Shown piece by piece: positions 24,743 to 33,999 of a DNA stretch of 64,000 nucleotides. The position numbers and the translations under genes are program-made. Within the stretch, counting starts at the first letter, position 1, and every line of letters starts with the position of its first letter. The notes under the pieces are model-generated. The model was not told the DNA's origin. It saw only the letters and a program-made list of their open reading frames with translations, and did not search any database. The DNA comes from an uncultured Defluviitaleaceae bacterium (GTDB taxonomy: Bacteria > Bacillota > Clostridia > Lachnospirales > WRBF01): the NCBI GenBank assembly GCA_964492715.1, contig CAZBLK010000001.1:68143-132142 (forward strand), given 5' to 3'.

Positions 24743-26980
24743 ATGCAGAAGAAAGAACAAAATAACAAAGATAAGAGCAAAGAAAAAAACAAAAATAATG
24801 AAAAAAGAAACGAACCAGTAATTTTTCAAGATATTACAGAAACACTTGAAACAAACTATATGCCTTATGCAATGAGTGTTATTATTTCTCGTGCCATACC
24901 AGAAATTGACGGCTTTAAGCCTTCTCACAGAAAGCTTCTTTATACAATGTATAAAATGGGGCTTTTGACTGGTGGGCGTGTTAAGTCTGCCGATGTGGTG
25001 GGGCAGGCAATGCGGCTTAACCCACACGGTGACGGCGCAATTTATGAAACACTTGTCCGTTTGACAAGGGGGAATGCGGCACTTTTGCACCCTTTTATCG
25101 ACTCAAAGGGCAACTTTGGTAAGCAGTATTCTAGGGATATGGCTTATGCTGCAAGCAGGTACACAGAAGTAAAACTTGATACAATAGCAAACGAATTGTT
25201 TGATAACATAGACAAAGACACAGTAGACTTTGTGGACAATTACAACGGCACAATGAAAGAGCCAACGCTTTTTCCAACAACTTACCCCAACGTGCTTGTT
25301 ACACCGAACTACGGAATTGCCGTAGGTATGGCAAGCTCCATTTGCAGCTTTAATTTAAAAGAAGTTTGCGAGGCGACAATTGCATTTATTAAAGACAAAG
25401 AGTGCGACTTAACAAAGCATTTGCTTGCGCCAGATTTTTCTACAGGTGGGCAGCTTATATACAATGAAGCAGAAATCCGTAACATTTATACAACGGGTAG
25501 GGGAAGCCTTAAATTACGTGCGAAATACCGATTTGACAAAGCAAATGGCTGCATTGAAATTTACGAAGTGCCTTATGGGACTACAATTGAAGTTATAATT
25601 GACAAAATTGTTGCGCTTGTTAAGCAAAACAAGCTACGTGAAATAAACGACGTGCGTGACGAAACTGATTTAAACGGATTGAAAATAGCAATAGACATAA
25701 AGCGTGGGGCAGACCCAGACGTGCTGATGACACGGCTTTTCAGCATGACTACGCTACTTGACACAGTAAGCGCAAACTTTAACCTTTTAATTGACGGAAA
25801 GCCGAAAACGCTTGGAGTGTATGGCATTTTAGAAGAGTGGGTGCGCTTCCGTACAACTTGCTTGCGCAGGCAAATTACTTTTGACATCGGTAAAAAGTCG
25901 GAAAAGCTTCATTTGCTTGAAGGTCTTTCAAAAATTCTTTTGGATATCGACAAAGCGATACGAATAATCCGCCAAACTGAGGAGGACAGCAAAGTAATTC
26001 CAAACCTTATGGAAGGGTTTGCAATTGACGAGCTGCAAGCGGAATACATTGCAGAAATTAAGCTTAGAAACCTTAATAAGCAGTACATTTTAAACCGTGT
26101 AGGCGAGCTTGACAGCCTTCGTAAAGAAATTGAAGACTTAAAGGCGTTGCTTGTTGGTGATGATGGAATAAAAGATTTGATTTGCAAGCAACTGAAAGAT
26201 GTTTCAAAAAAATATGGCGTGCCACGCCGCACTGAAATAATTTATGATGAGGTTAAAACGGAAGTTCCGGAACACATGTTCATTGACGACTATCAAATTA
26301 AACTTTTCTTAACCGACCATAATTATTTCAAAAAGATTTCATTTGCGTCGCTTCGTTCGGCCTCTGAGCAAAATTTGAAGGACGACGACGTAATAACTCA
26401 AGAGCTTGAAACGACAAACAAGGCAGATGTACTTTTCTTTTCGACAAGCTGCACTGTTTATAAAATGAAGGCTTACGAGCTTGCAGACTGCAAAGCTTCG
26501 TCAATGGGCGACTATTTAACAAACGTTTTGTCACTTTCGGCTGATGAAAAAATTGTTTGCATGGCGGCAACGCTTGACTACAGCGGACACATGCTTTTTG
26601 TTTATGAAAACGGAAAGGCTGTAAAAATACCGCTTTCGTCATATGCAACAAAGGTAAACAGAAAAAAGCTTATTAACGCTTTTTCGGATAAGTCGAAGCT
26701 TGTTTATGCCGAACATATAATTTGTGACAAAGATTACTTTTTTGTTAGAGATTTAGACAAAGCGGCTTTAATTAGCAGTGAGCTAATTTCTGAAAAGGCT
26801 ACAAAAAATTCTGTAGGTGTTCAAGTGTACACACTTAAAAAGAACAGTGTAGTTAAGCAAGTAATTCCAAAGGAATTAATTACCATAGAGCAGCCAGAGT
26901 TCTACAGAACGCAAAAAATACCGTCAACAGGTCATTTTTTAAAGGAAGACGACAAAGAAAAAATTACAAAATTTTATTAA
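24743..26980 (+). CDS. type IIA topoisomerase A subunit (ParC/GyrA-like, 745 aa)
   Basis: PEIDGFKPSHRKLLY, HPHGD and AASRYTE (catalytic Tyr) motifs. Lys/Asn-rich N-terminal extension. No B subunit gene in the window. Confidence 0.85.
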   Translation: MQKKEQNNKDKSKEKNKNNEKRNEPVIFQDITETLETNYMPYAMSVIISRAIPEIDGFKPSHRKLLYTMYKMGLLTGGRVKSADVVGQAMRLNPHGDGAIYETLVRLTRGNAALLHPFIDSKGNFGKQYSRDMAYAASRYTEVKLDTIANELFDNIDKDTVDFVDNYNGTMKEPTLFPTTYPNVLVTPNYGIAVGMASSICSFNLKEVCEATIAFIKDKECDLTKHLLAPDFSTGGQLIYNEAEIRNIYTTGRGSLKLRAKYRFDKANGCIEIYEVPYGTTIEVIIDKIVALVKQNKLREINDVRDETDLNGLKIAIDIKRGADPDVLMTRLFSMTTLLDTVSANFNLLIDGKPKTLGVYGILEEWVRFRTTCLRRQITFDIGKKSEKLHLLEGLSKILLDIDKAIRIIRQTEEDSKVIPNLMEGFAIDELQAEYIAEIKLRNLNKQYILNRVGELDSLRKEIEDLKALLVGDDGIKDLICKQLKDVSKKYGVPRRTEIIYDEVKTEVPEHMFIDDYQIKLFLTDHNYFKKISFASLRSASEQNLKDDDVITQELETTNKADVLFFSTSCTVYKMKAYELADCKASSMGDYLTNVLSLSADEKIVCMAATLDYSGHMLFVYENGKAVKIPLSSYATKVNRKKLINAFSDKSKLVYAEHIICDKDYFFVRDLDKAALISSELISEKATKNSVGVQVYTLKKNSVVKQVIPKELITIEQPEFYRTQKIPSTGHFLKEDDKEKITKFY

Positions 26981-26998
26981 ATTTTTAAAGAAATGGTA

Positions 26999-27027
26999 TT
27001 GACAAAAAGCGACAGTATAAATATAAT
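26999..27027 (+). promoter_or_regulatory. sigma-A promoter of the SH3b-NlpC/P60 gene
   Basis: TTGACA (26999-27004), 17 nt spacer, TATAAT (27022-27027). Confidence 0.65.
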
Positions 27028-27077
27028 AAATTTAATAAGTTTTGTAACAGTTTCGTAATAATTTGGAGGTACTAAAG

Positions 27078-28169
27078 ATGAAACTTAATAAAATTGTTAT
27101 AGCTGTCGCTTTAGTTGGTGCTTTTACTTTATTTGGTGGGACAAGCCAAGCTTTTGCGCAAGGCGTTGCTACAATTAATACAAGCGGAGTTAACATTAGG
27201 CAAGAGCCTTCACAATCGGCAAGCATTTTAAGAACAGCAGAATCGGGAACCAATGTTACAATAAACAGTGTAGAAGGAGAATTTTTAAACATAACTATTG
27301 ACGGAGCAGAAGCATACATAGCAAGCCAATTTGTTGAAGTTCAAAGCGCACCCGGTCTTGTGGCAGACGACGGTGTAAACATTAGAAGCTTCCCTTCAAC
27401 TGAATATGACATTATTGGTAAAGTAAGCATGGGCGATTTAGTTGAAGTTGTTGGCCAGCTTGACGACTGGTACGTTGTTAAATATGACGGCAGAGATGGT
27501 TTTATTAACAAAAATTTTTTATTGGGCGACTTAATACAATATACGAAAAAATTAGAAAAGGTTGCAGAGCCAGAAGCACTTTATGCTACAATTACTTCTG
27601 ACAACGGCGTAAACCTTAGAATTCGTCCAAGCCAAGAAAGCGAAATTATAAGCTCGGTTGCTTCTGGAGAAGTTGTTGACATTTTAGAAGCAGAAGACAA
27701 TTGGTACAAAGTTTCATATTACGGAACAGTTGGTTACGTATCATCTGAATTTGCAGAAGCTAAACTTGGTAAAAAACCTACATCAGCTTCGGTTAGAGCG
27801 CAAAGAATTATTGATTATGCAAAACAATTTCTCGGTACACCTTATGTTTGGAGCGGAACAAATTTAAACAGCGGCGTAGACTGCTCGGGTTTTACATATG
27901 CTGTTATGAAAAATTTTGGAATTTCACTTAGTAGAACTTCAAGAGAACAAATTTATGACGGACAACAAGTTTCAAGAAGTGAGTTAAAAGCAGGGGACTT
28001 AATTTTCTTTAACACTGGCGGCAACTCACCAATTTCACACGTTGCAATTTACATAGGAAACAGCCAATTTATTCATTCGGCAAGCACTAATAGAAAAGGC
28101 GTTATCATTAGCAGCTTGAATGAAGACTATTACAATCGTACATACTGCGGAGCATCAAGAGTTTTGTAA
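27078..28169 (+). CDS. secreted cell-wall hydrolase: SH3b repeats plus a C-terminal NlpC/P60 (C40) peptidase
   Basis: Signal peptide, three SH3b-like GVNIR...WYKV repeats, and the catalytic region DCSGFTY...HVAIY. Confidence 0.9.
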   Translation: MKLNKIVIAVALVGAFTLFGGTSQAFAQGVATINTSGVNIRQEPSQSASILRTAESGTNVTINSVEGEFLNITIDGAEAYIASQFVEVQSAPGLVADDGVNIRSFPSTEYDIIGKVSMGDLVEVVGQLDDWYVVKYDGRDGFINKNFLLGDLIQYTKKLEKVAEPEALYATITSDNGVNLRIRPSQESEIISSVASGEVVDILEAEDNWYKVSYYGTVGYVSSEFAEAKLGKKPTSASVRAQRIIDYAKQFLGTPYVWSGTNLNSGVDCSGFTYAVMKNFGISLSRTSREQIYDGQQVSRSELKAGDLIFFNTGGNSPISHVAIYIGNSQFIHSASTNRKGVIISSLNEDYYNRTYCGASRVL

Positions 28170-28188
28170 TTTTGTGCACGCTTTTTAT

Positions 28189-28223
28189 ACCCCACTTTTG
28201 GTTTTGTAAAAGTGGGGTTTTTG
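28189..28223 (+). terminator. intrinsic terminator
   Basis: accccactttt / aaaagtggggt stem followed by ttttg. Confidence 0.8.
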
Positions 28224-28678
28224 TATTTAACGTCAGCCACAATAAAAATATTCTTTGGGTTGTTCATCTGGCATTCCAGTTATTCCTTGAAACCTAATAA
28301 CAATTGTATAGCCAAGCCCGTAAAACCAGCTTTAGCCGGTTACAGATACTGGTATTGAAAATATGGGGTTTTTGGCTCTTTGACATAAAGTATAATCTAC
28401 AGAAGTTATTATTGTCCAACACAAAATAATTTACGATATTGGCAGAAGGAAGCCAAACGCCTAGACGGTTGGCGTTTTGACCGATAGATAGTGTCATGTC
28501 TATTAAAAACGGAATTGCTATAGATTATAAAAGATACTACAAGAATTAGAAAAACACAATATGTAAAGAACATTTTAAATATAGCTTGACAAAGCATAGC
28601 AAAAGCATGTACATTAATATGGAAGATTTTTATATTTTTGATTTTGTTAATTTTTATTTATTAGAATTTGGTGATTTT

Positions 28679-28993
28679 ATGAGGTATGCAAAAAAGCTTT
28701 TTTTAGGTAGTGGTTTGCAAAATAACGTTGAACAGATAAAAAGCTTTTTGGAGGAGGGCGTTTCAGTTTTTGACACATACGTACTATGTGTTGACGAAGC
28801 TTCCAATAATTTGCTTTACATTTTCACCACGTCAGAGCTTTTAAAAAAACACTACGCCAAAAGAGGGTTTTTAATTGTAGGCTTTGCAAACGACAAAAAG
28901 GAAGCGTATGCGCTTACGTGTGAAATTGTTGCTGATTTTTTAAAAAAGGGTAGAAGCTTTGCTCATTTTAAACATTTTTTAAGTAAGCTTTAA
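28679..28993 (+). CDS. hypothetical protein
   Basis: ORF with the start taken at MRYAKK (weak RBS ggtga). No recognisable motif. Confidence 0.45.
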   Translation: MRYAKKLFLGSGLQNNVEQIKSFLEEGVSVFDTYVLCVDEASNNLLYIFTTSELLKKHYAKRGFLIVGFANDKKEAYALTCEIVADFLKKGRSFAHFKHFLSKL

Positions 28994-29030
28994 CTTTAGC
29001 AATTGAAAGTAATTTTTACTGGGGGTAACT

Positions 29031-29741
29031 ATGAACAAACGCTTTGCGTTTATTGTTGGGATATTTGTATCGGTTTCATTTATTTGTTTAGCACTTTATA
29101 CATCGGTTTACGCATATGCCTTTTCGGCGGAATTTTTTGAAAAGGAATTTGACAAGCTTAACATAGCGCCGCAAATTAAAATGGAAAAAGACGAGCTTAT
29201 GAAAGTTACAAAACATATGCTTGACTATTTACTTGACAAAGAGGAAAACTTAAATATAAACACTGTTGTTGCAGGTGAGGAACGAGCTTTTTTTAATGAA
29301 AGAGAATTGTCCCACATGGTTGACGTGAAGGAGCTTTTTAAAGTAGGAAGCCTTATAAAGTATATTGGTTTTACAGTTTTAACTTTAGGCTGCTTATTTA
29401 TTTTAGGTTCTATTTATAAAAAGCATAATTGGAAAGAAATTGCACAAAATTTAATAAAGGGCTTTAGCTTAACACTGCTTGCTTTTTGTATATTTATTAC
29501 GGTGCTAATTGTAATAATTTCTTTGAATTTTGAAAGTGCATTTACAATTTTCCACCAGTTGTTTTTTAACAACGAGCTTTGGATACTTGACCCACAAACT
29601 GATTTGCTTATAAACATTGTACCGCTTCAATTTTTTATTGATATTGCAACAAAAATTGCCATCATGTTCTCATTTTTCATTTTTGTTGCCGTTGTTGTTA
29701 GCTTCTTTTCTATGCGTTTGTTAAGAAAAAAGGGAGCTTAG
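29031..29741 (+). CDS. TIGR01906-family integral membrane protein
   Basis: N-terminal TM segment, central ERELSHMVDVKELF motif, and C-terminal TM bundle. Confidence 0.7.
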   Translation: MNKRFAFIVGIFVSVSFICLALYTSVYAYAFSAEFFEKEFDKLNIAPQIKMEKDELMKVTKHMLDYLLDKEENLNINTVVAGEERAFFNERELSHMVDVKELFKVGSLIKYIGFTVLTLGCLFILGSIYKKHNWKEIAQNLIKGFSLTLLAFCIFITVLIVIISLNFESAFTIFHQLFFNNELWILDPQTDLLINIVPLQFFIDIATKIAIMFSFFIFVAVVVSFFSMRLLRKKGA

Positions 29742-29772
29742 GTAGAAATAGCATAAACAAGGAGCTTTTTTA

Positions 29773-30612
29773 ATGGGTGTGATTTTCGCCGTTTTAGGTA
29801 TAATAAAAATTATATTTTTAATTTTGTTCTATGCCTTAATTGTGCTTTTAAGCATACTCATAGTTTTTCTGGTTATGCCCATTGAATACAGAGTAAGCGT
29901 TTTGCATGATAAAGGGCAAACTAGCTACAATGTTGTAATACTGACTTTGTTTAGGCTGCTAGGTTTTTATGGCTCAAGCAAAGAAGGTTTTCATTGTAGG
30001 TTTTTATGGTATAAAGTTAGTTTTTCTGAAAAAGAGGTTAAAGAAACAACGGAAGATGTAAGAGAAGTTGTTACTTGTAGTAATGAAAAAAGTTTGAAAG
30101 AATCCTTAGAAGAAGTTGCTGATAATAGTATAGGCGAAAAACAGCAAAGTTTTAAAGAGGATAAGAGCAGTAAAGTAAAAGCAAGGTTGTTTAGCAAGCT
30201 AAATAATAAAGAAAAAAAAGCAACTGACGAAAAAAAATCTTTTGATTTTTTTAAGACAATTAAGTCAATTTTTGCGTATCCTGATAAAGATTTAATTTTT
30301 AAAGGTGCTATTAAAATTGTAAGTGACTTGATTATGGCGTTAGAACCAAAGGTCTTGAAGCTTCATGCAACATTTGGGTTTGAAGAACCATACACAACTG
30401 GGCAGGTACTTGCCATTTTGGGTTTGATATATCCTTTGTATAGATACGACGTTTGCTTTTACGGCAGTGAACAAAAATTTTTGAAGCTTGACAGTAATTT
30501 TAAAGGGCATTTCAGCATAATAAAGTTGATAGTTCCTTTTGTTCGGTTTGTTTTGTTAAAGCCAGTTAGGAAAGGTATAAAGATGATTTTATTTAGGTTG
30601 TTTAAAAAATAG
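29773..30612 (+). CDS. DUF2953 (YtfI-like) sporulation-associated membrane protein
   Basis: N-terminal TM segment, and position directly upstream of the ytfJ/gerW homologue, as in Bacillus ytfIJ. Confidence 0.55.
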   Translation: MGVIFAVLGIIKIIFLILFYALIVLLSILIVFLVMPIEYRVSVLHDKGQTSYNVVILTLFRLLGFYGSSKEGFHCRFLWYKVSFSEKEVKETTEDVREVVTCSNEKSLKESLEEVADNSIGEKQQSFKEDKSSKVKARLFSKLNNKEKKATDEKKSFDFFKTIKSIFAYPDKDLIFKGAIKIVSDLIMALEPKVLKLHATFGFEEPYTTGQVLAILGLIYPLYRYDVCFYGSEQKFLKLDSNFKGHFSIIKLIVPFVRFVLLKPVRKGIKMILFRLFKK

Positions 30613-30655
30613 CTTTCAGTGTGTTTTTAAAACAACCAAAGAAAGGGAGATAAAA

Positions 30656-31078
30656 ATGAGTAATAATGTAAATTCAAACCTTGAGGTTTTGTTTAACAAA
30701 ATGGAAAACTTTATTTCTACAAAAACTGTAGTAGGTGAACCTGTAACTTTTGGTGACGTAATCGTTCTTCCGCTTGTTGACGTTCAGTTTTTTGTTGGTG
30801 CTGGCGGCGGCGGTGCTGACGGAGAAAGCGAAAAGAAGGCTGGTGGAAGCGGCGGCGGACTTGGCTCTAAAATTACACCTTCGGCTGTTTTGGTTGTTAC
30901 TGGCGGAAACGTGCAGCTTGTAAACATTAAACACCAAGATTCTTTGAACAAACTTATAGACATGGTTCCTGGAATTTTAAGCAAGTTCAACTTAGGGGAC
31001 ATGTTTAACAAAAAGGAAGAGCCTTCATTTGATTTTGACGCAGAACATGTAAAGACAGATGATGCGGTTACAGAATAA
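30656..31078 (+). CDS. ytfJ: GerW/YtfJ family sporulation protein
   Basis: VGEPVTFGDVIVLPLVDV...GGGG...ITPSAVLVV is characteristic of YtfJ. Confidence 0.85.
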   Translation: MSNNVNSNLEVLFNKMENFISTKTVVGEPVTFGDVIVLPLVDVQFFVGAGGGGADGESEKKAGGSGGGLGSKITPSAVLVVTGGNVQLVNIKHQDSLNKLIDMVPGILSKFNLGDMFNKKEEPSFDFDAEHVKTDDAVTE

Positions 31079-31093
31079 TTGGATTTTGTAGGT

Positions 31094-31130
31094 GTAAACT
31101 ACCCACCCAAAATTTGGGTGGGTAGTTTAC
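31094..31130. terminator. 16-bp hairpin between convergent ytfJ and fur-family genes
   Basis: gtaaactacccaccca aaatt tgggtgggtagtttac. No clear U-tract. Confidence 0.55.
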
Positions 31131-31167
31131 AGCAATTCTGTACACATAGGTGATTGGCTTTCTTCTG

Positions 31168-31632
31168 TTAACATTGTAAAGAAGCAGAATTGCTGCAGCT
31201 AGAGTTAGGCACATCATTTGCTTTGCAGCTTGGGCAAATGCCGTAGAAGAAAAGCTGTTCTCTAACAACCGTGAAATCCATGGTTTGCGAAATTTCTTTC
31301 TTTAAGCCGTCAAGACATTTTACTTGCATAATATCATAGACAGCGTGGCAATTATCGCATATAATATGAGGGTGAGGTTCGTTGTTTGGGTCGTATCTAT
31401 AGCTGTTTTCGCAAACATTTATTTCTTGAATTAAACCCGAATTTTTAAGCGTTCCCAACGTTTTGTATATTGTTGCTAGGCTTATTGATGGAAAAGAGGT
31501 ATACACAGCCTTATAAATTGTCTCTGCACTGGGGTGGTTCTTGGCTTCGTATAAAAAGCTGTAAATAGCTAAACGTTGTGGGGTAACTTTAAGTTTTTTT
31601 TGTTTTAAATTCTCTATAAGCGTTGACTTCAA
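31168..31632 (-). CDS. Fur family transcriptional regulator (Fur/PerR/Zur not distinguishable)
   Basis: KVTPQRLAIYSFL DNA-binding helix, HPHIICDNC and CPSC metal sites. TTG start after aaggtg. Confidence 0.85.
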   Translation of the reverse strand: MKSTLIENLKQKKLKVTPQRLAIYSFLYEAKNHPSAETIYKAVYTSFPSISLATIYKTLGTLKNSGLIQEINVCENSYRYDPNNEPHPHIICDNCHAVYDIMQVKCLDGLKKEISQTMDFTVVREQLFFYGICPSCKANDVPNSSCSNSASLQC

Positions 31633-31728
31633 GATAACACCTTCTTATTTAATAATAATTATTATATAATAATATGCTTTTATATTAACGTCAAGTGATT
31701 AAATTAAAGATAAGGTGGAAATTTATAG

Positions 31729-32202
31729 ATGAAGGTTGAATATATAAATCCTTTTGTTCAAGGAGCGCAAAATATAATTAACACAGTATGTGGTGAAACG
31801 CCTGCACTTGGCACGCTTGGGCTGAAGCAAAGCCCGTACATATGCGAGCCTGTTTCAATTACAATTGAAATTGTTGGCGAAATAAAAGGGAACGTTGTTT
31901 TTAATATGAAGGAAGAGGTTGCTTGTCACATTGCTTCTAAAATGATGTTTGGAATGCCAATTCCTTCCCTTGACGATATGTCGAAAAGTGCAATTTCGGA
32001 GCTTGGCAACATGATATCTGGAAACGTTGCAACACTTATTGCAGCAAAAGGAAAAATAATTGACATTAGGCCGCCTGTTTTCAACATGAATGCGCCAGCC
32101 AGTGCATACCCTTTTGTTTTGCCAGACAGCAAGCTTATTAGTATGCCGCTTAAATTTAGCAGCGGATATATATTTTCTATAGACATCTTGCTGTATGATT
32201 AA
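31729..32202 (+). CDS. cheX: CheX-family chemotaxis phosphatase
   Basis: MKVEYINPFVQGAQNIINTVCG and ELGNMISGN motifs. Confidence 0.75.
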   Translation: MKVEYINPFVQGAQNIINTVCGETPALGTLGLKQSPYICEPVSITIEIVGEIKGNVVFNMKEEVACHIASKMMFGMPIPSLDDMSKSAISELGNMISGNVATLIAAKGKIIDIRPPVFNMNAPASAYPFVLPDSKLISMPLKFSSGYIFSIDILLYD

Positions 32203-32220
32203 TTTTTATGGAGAATTTTT

Positions 32221-32709
32221 ATGAACATAGTTTTACACCAGCCCGAAATTCCGCAAAACACGGGGAATATTGGGCGCACATGTGTTGCAACAGGGACAAG
32301 GCTTCACATTATAAAGCCAATTGGTTTTGATGTAAGCGACAAGGCAATTAGGCGTGTGGGGCTTGATTATTGGAAGCACTTAGACGTAAGTTACTATGAA
32401 AGCTTTGAGCTTTTTTTAAAAGAAAACGAAAATCCAAAAGTTTACATGGCAACAACAAAAGCAAAAAATGTTTATTCTGAAGTTAGTTTTGAAAAAGACT
32501 GTTATATAATGTTTGGGAAGGAAAGTGCAGGAATTCCAGAGGAGATTTTAGTAAATTATAAAGAAAATTCAATTAGAATACCTATGCTTGAAAGTTATCG
32601 TTCGCTTAACCTTGCAAGCAGCGTTGCAATTGTTTTGTACGAAGCTTTGCGACAAAACAGCTTTTTGGGTCTTTCCACGGAAGGGCAGCTTCATAGGCTA
32701 AGCTGGTAA
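32221..32709 (+). CDS. trmL: tRNA (cytidine/uridine-34 2'-O)-methyltransferase TrmL (SpoU family)
   Basis: IVLHQPEIPQNTGNIGRTC and LNLASSVAIVLYEALRQ. Confidence 0.9.
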   Translation: MNIVLHQPEIPQNTGNIGRTCVATGTRLHIIKPIGFDVSDKAIRRVGLDYWKHLDVSYYESFELFLKENENPKVYMATTKAKNVYSEVSFEKDCYIMFGKESAGIPEEILVNYKENSIRIPMLESYRSLNLASSVAIVLYEALRQNSFLGLSTEGQLHRLSW

Positions 32710-32997
32710 TTTAACAAATTAAAATTTCCCGCAAAAGTGGGTTTTTTTGTTTTTAATTATTTTTAATACATATAATGAAGTTACTTTGCTGTTACTCTAA
32801 AATGTTCCATTATAAAAAAACATAAGACGGCTATAATATTTATGTAACATAACTTACAAGTCAAACGGGTTCGGCAGAAAAATTATTGCGGCATTTAAGC
32901 TAGTTATAATAAAGGCTAAAACTTTTTACTTGTAAAACTGTTACTGCATTATGAGTGATAATGTGTAAATATATAGACAAAATGGGAGGATTATGAC

Positions 32998-33261
32998 ATG
33001 AGTAATAGCAGCAATACTAAAGCAGTTCCAGAAGCACGTGCAGCACTTGACAAATTCAAGTATGAGGTAGCAAGCGAAATCGGTGTACCTTTGAAGCAAG
33101 GTTACAACGGTGACCTTACATCTGCTCAAAACGGTTATGTTGGCGGATATATGGTTAAAAAGATGATTGAAGCGCAAGAAAGGCAAATGGCTGGAAGCGG
33201 CACTGCTGGAATGAGCGGTTCAACAGGTTCAACTAGCACACCTGCAGGCACAACAAAGTAA
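32998..33261 (+). CDS. alpha/beta-type small acid-soluble spore protein with a Ser/Thr/Gly-rich C-terminal tail
   Basis: ALDKFKYEVASEIGV...LTSAQNGYVGGYMVKKMIE is the canonical SASP core. Confidence 0.92.
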   Translation: MSNSSNTKAVPEARAALDKFKYEVASEIGVPLKQGYNGDLTSAQNGYVGGYMVKKMIEAQERQMAGSGTAGMSGSTGSTSTPAGTTK

Positions 33262-33290
33262 ATTGTATTGAACGGATAAAGTAACAAACT

Positions 33291-33322
33291 GGGGGTACGA
33301 ATTTCTCGTACTCCCTTTTGTT
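33291..33322 (+). terminator. intrinsic terminator after the SASP gene
   Basis: gggggtacga / tcgtactccc stem (one G-U pair) followed by ttttgttg. Confidence 0.8.
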
Positions 33323-33377
33323 GATTTTTTATTTGTTGTGTGCTAATATAATATAAAAACAAAGTACAAGGAGTATT

Positions 33378-33989
33378 ATGTTTGCTTTTATTTCAGGAAC
33401 GCTAAGTTACATAAACGAAAACAGCGTTGTTATAGAAACAGCAGGAATTGGCTACAGGCTTTTAGTGTCTGAAAGAACAGTTTCTAAGCTTCCAAAAGAG
33501 GGTGAATTTGTTAAACTTTTCACTCATATGAACGTCAAAGAAGACGGAATTACACTTTACGGCTTTTTCTCGAATGACGAGCTTGAAGTTTTTATCACAC
33601 TTACAAGCGTGTCAGGTGTAGGGCCAAAGGCGGCACTTGCAATTTTGTCAGTTTTAGAGCCTCAAGAAATTTATTTAGCAATTGTAACAGAAGATTCTGC
33701 TTCAATTTCCAAGGCACAAGGCGTAGGAAAAAAAATTGCTGCAAGAATTGTTATGGAACTTAAAGATAAAATCAAAAACAACTCGTATATAGGTAGTGTA
33801 AGTAATGTAATAAGTCCACAGCAAACACTTGCAGCTTCTTCACAGGAAAAGCAGGATGCTATCGACGCACTTACCGCCTTAGGTTACAGCAAAAGCGAGG
33901 CTGTTAAGTCTGTTATGGAAGTTTCAATTGACGGAATGTCGGCAGACAACATTATTAGGCTTGCAATTAAGAAAATACATAAACAATAA
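33378..33989 (+). CDS. ruvA: Holliday junction DNA helicase RuvA
   Basis: MFAFISGTL...[13 protein letters not shown]. Confidence 0.95.
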   Translation: MFAFISGTLSYINENSVVIETAGIGYRLLVSERTVSKLPKEGEFVKLFTHMNVKEDGITLYGFFSNDELEVFITLTSVSGVGPKAALAILSVLEPQEIYLAIVTEDSASISKAQGVGKKIAARIVMELKDKIKNNSYIGSVSNVISPQQTLAASSQEKQDAIDALTALGYSKSEAVKSVMEVSIDGMSADNIIRLAIKKIHKQ

Positions 33990-33999
33990 GGTGGTACAA

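Noticed and set aside
24716-25090. 124-aa minus-strand ORF across the MFS/parC-like junction
   Set aside because: It overlaps two supported plus-strand genes. The product is a low-complexity Phe/Ile-rich sequence.
26981-27077. ydaO-type (c-di-AMP) riboswitch upstream of the NlpC/P60 hydrolase gene, a common association
   Set aside because: Only about 50 nt separate the clear TTGACA-17-TATAAT promoter from the RBS, which is far too short for that riboswitch.
28294-28597. Two overlapping minus-strand ORFs (67 and 62 aa) in the 28.2-28.7 kb gap
   Set aside because: Neither has a Shine-Dalgarno sequence before any candidate start, and they overlap each other in different frames. One has a hydrophobic stretch, but that is not enough to call a gene.
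31131-31194. 11-mer cagcaattctg present in inverted orientation on both sides of the fur-family stop codon, and sharing 12 nt with repeat copy B at 39423
   Set aside because: Matches of 11-12 nt are expected by chance several times in 64 kb of AT-rich DNA. One arm lies in coding sequence, and nothing further aligns.
32900-32997. Attempt to assign a sigma-G/sigma-F promoter upstream of the SASP gene, and likewise a sigma-E promoter upstream of spoIVA at 8045-8127
   Set aside because: Only partial matches to the remembered consensus exist (for example gcatt..aaatata, catataaat), and the spacing is unconvincing. I cannot support either call without a weight-matrix scan.
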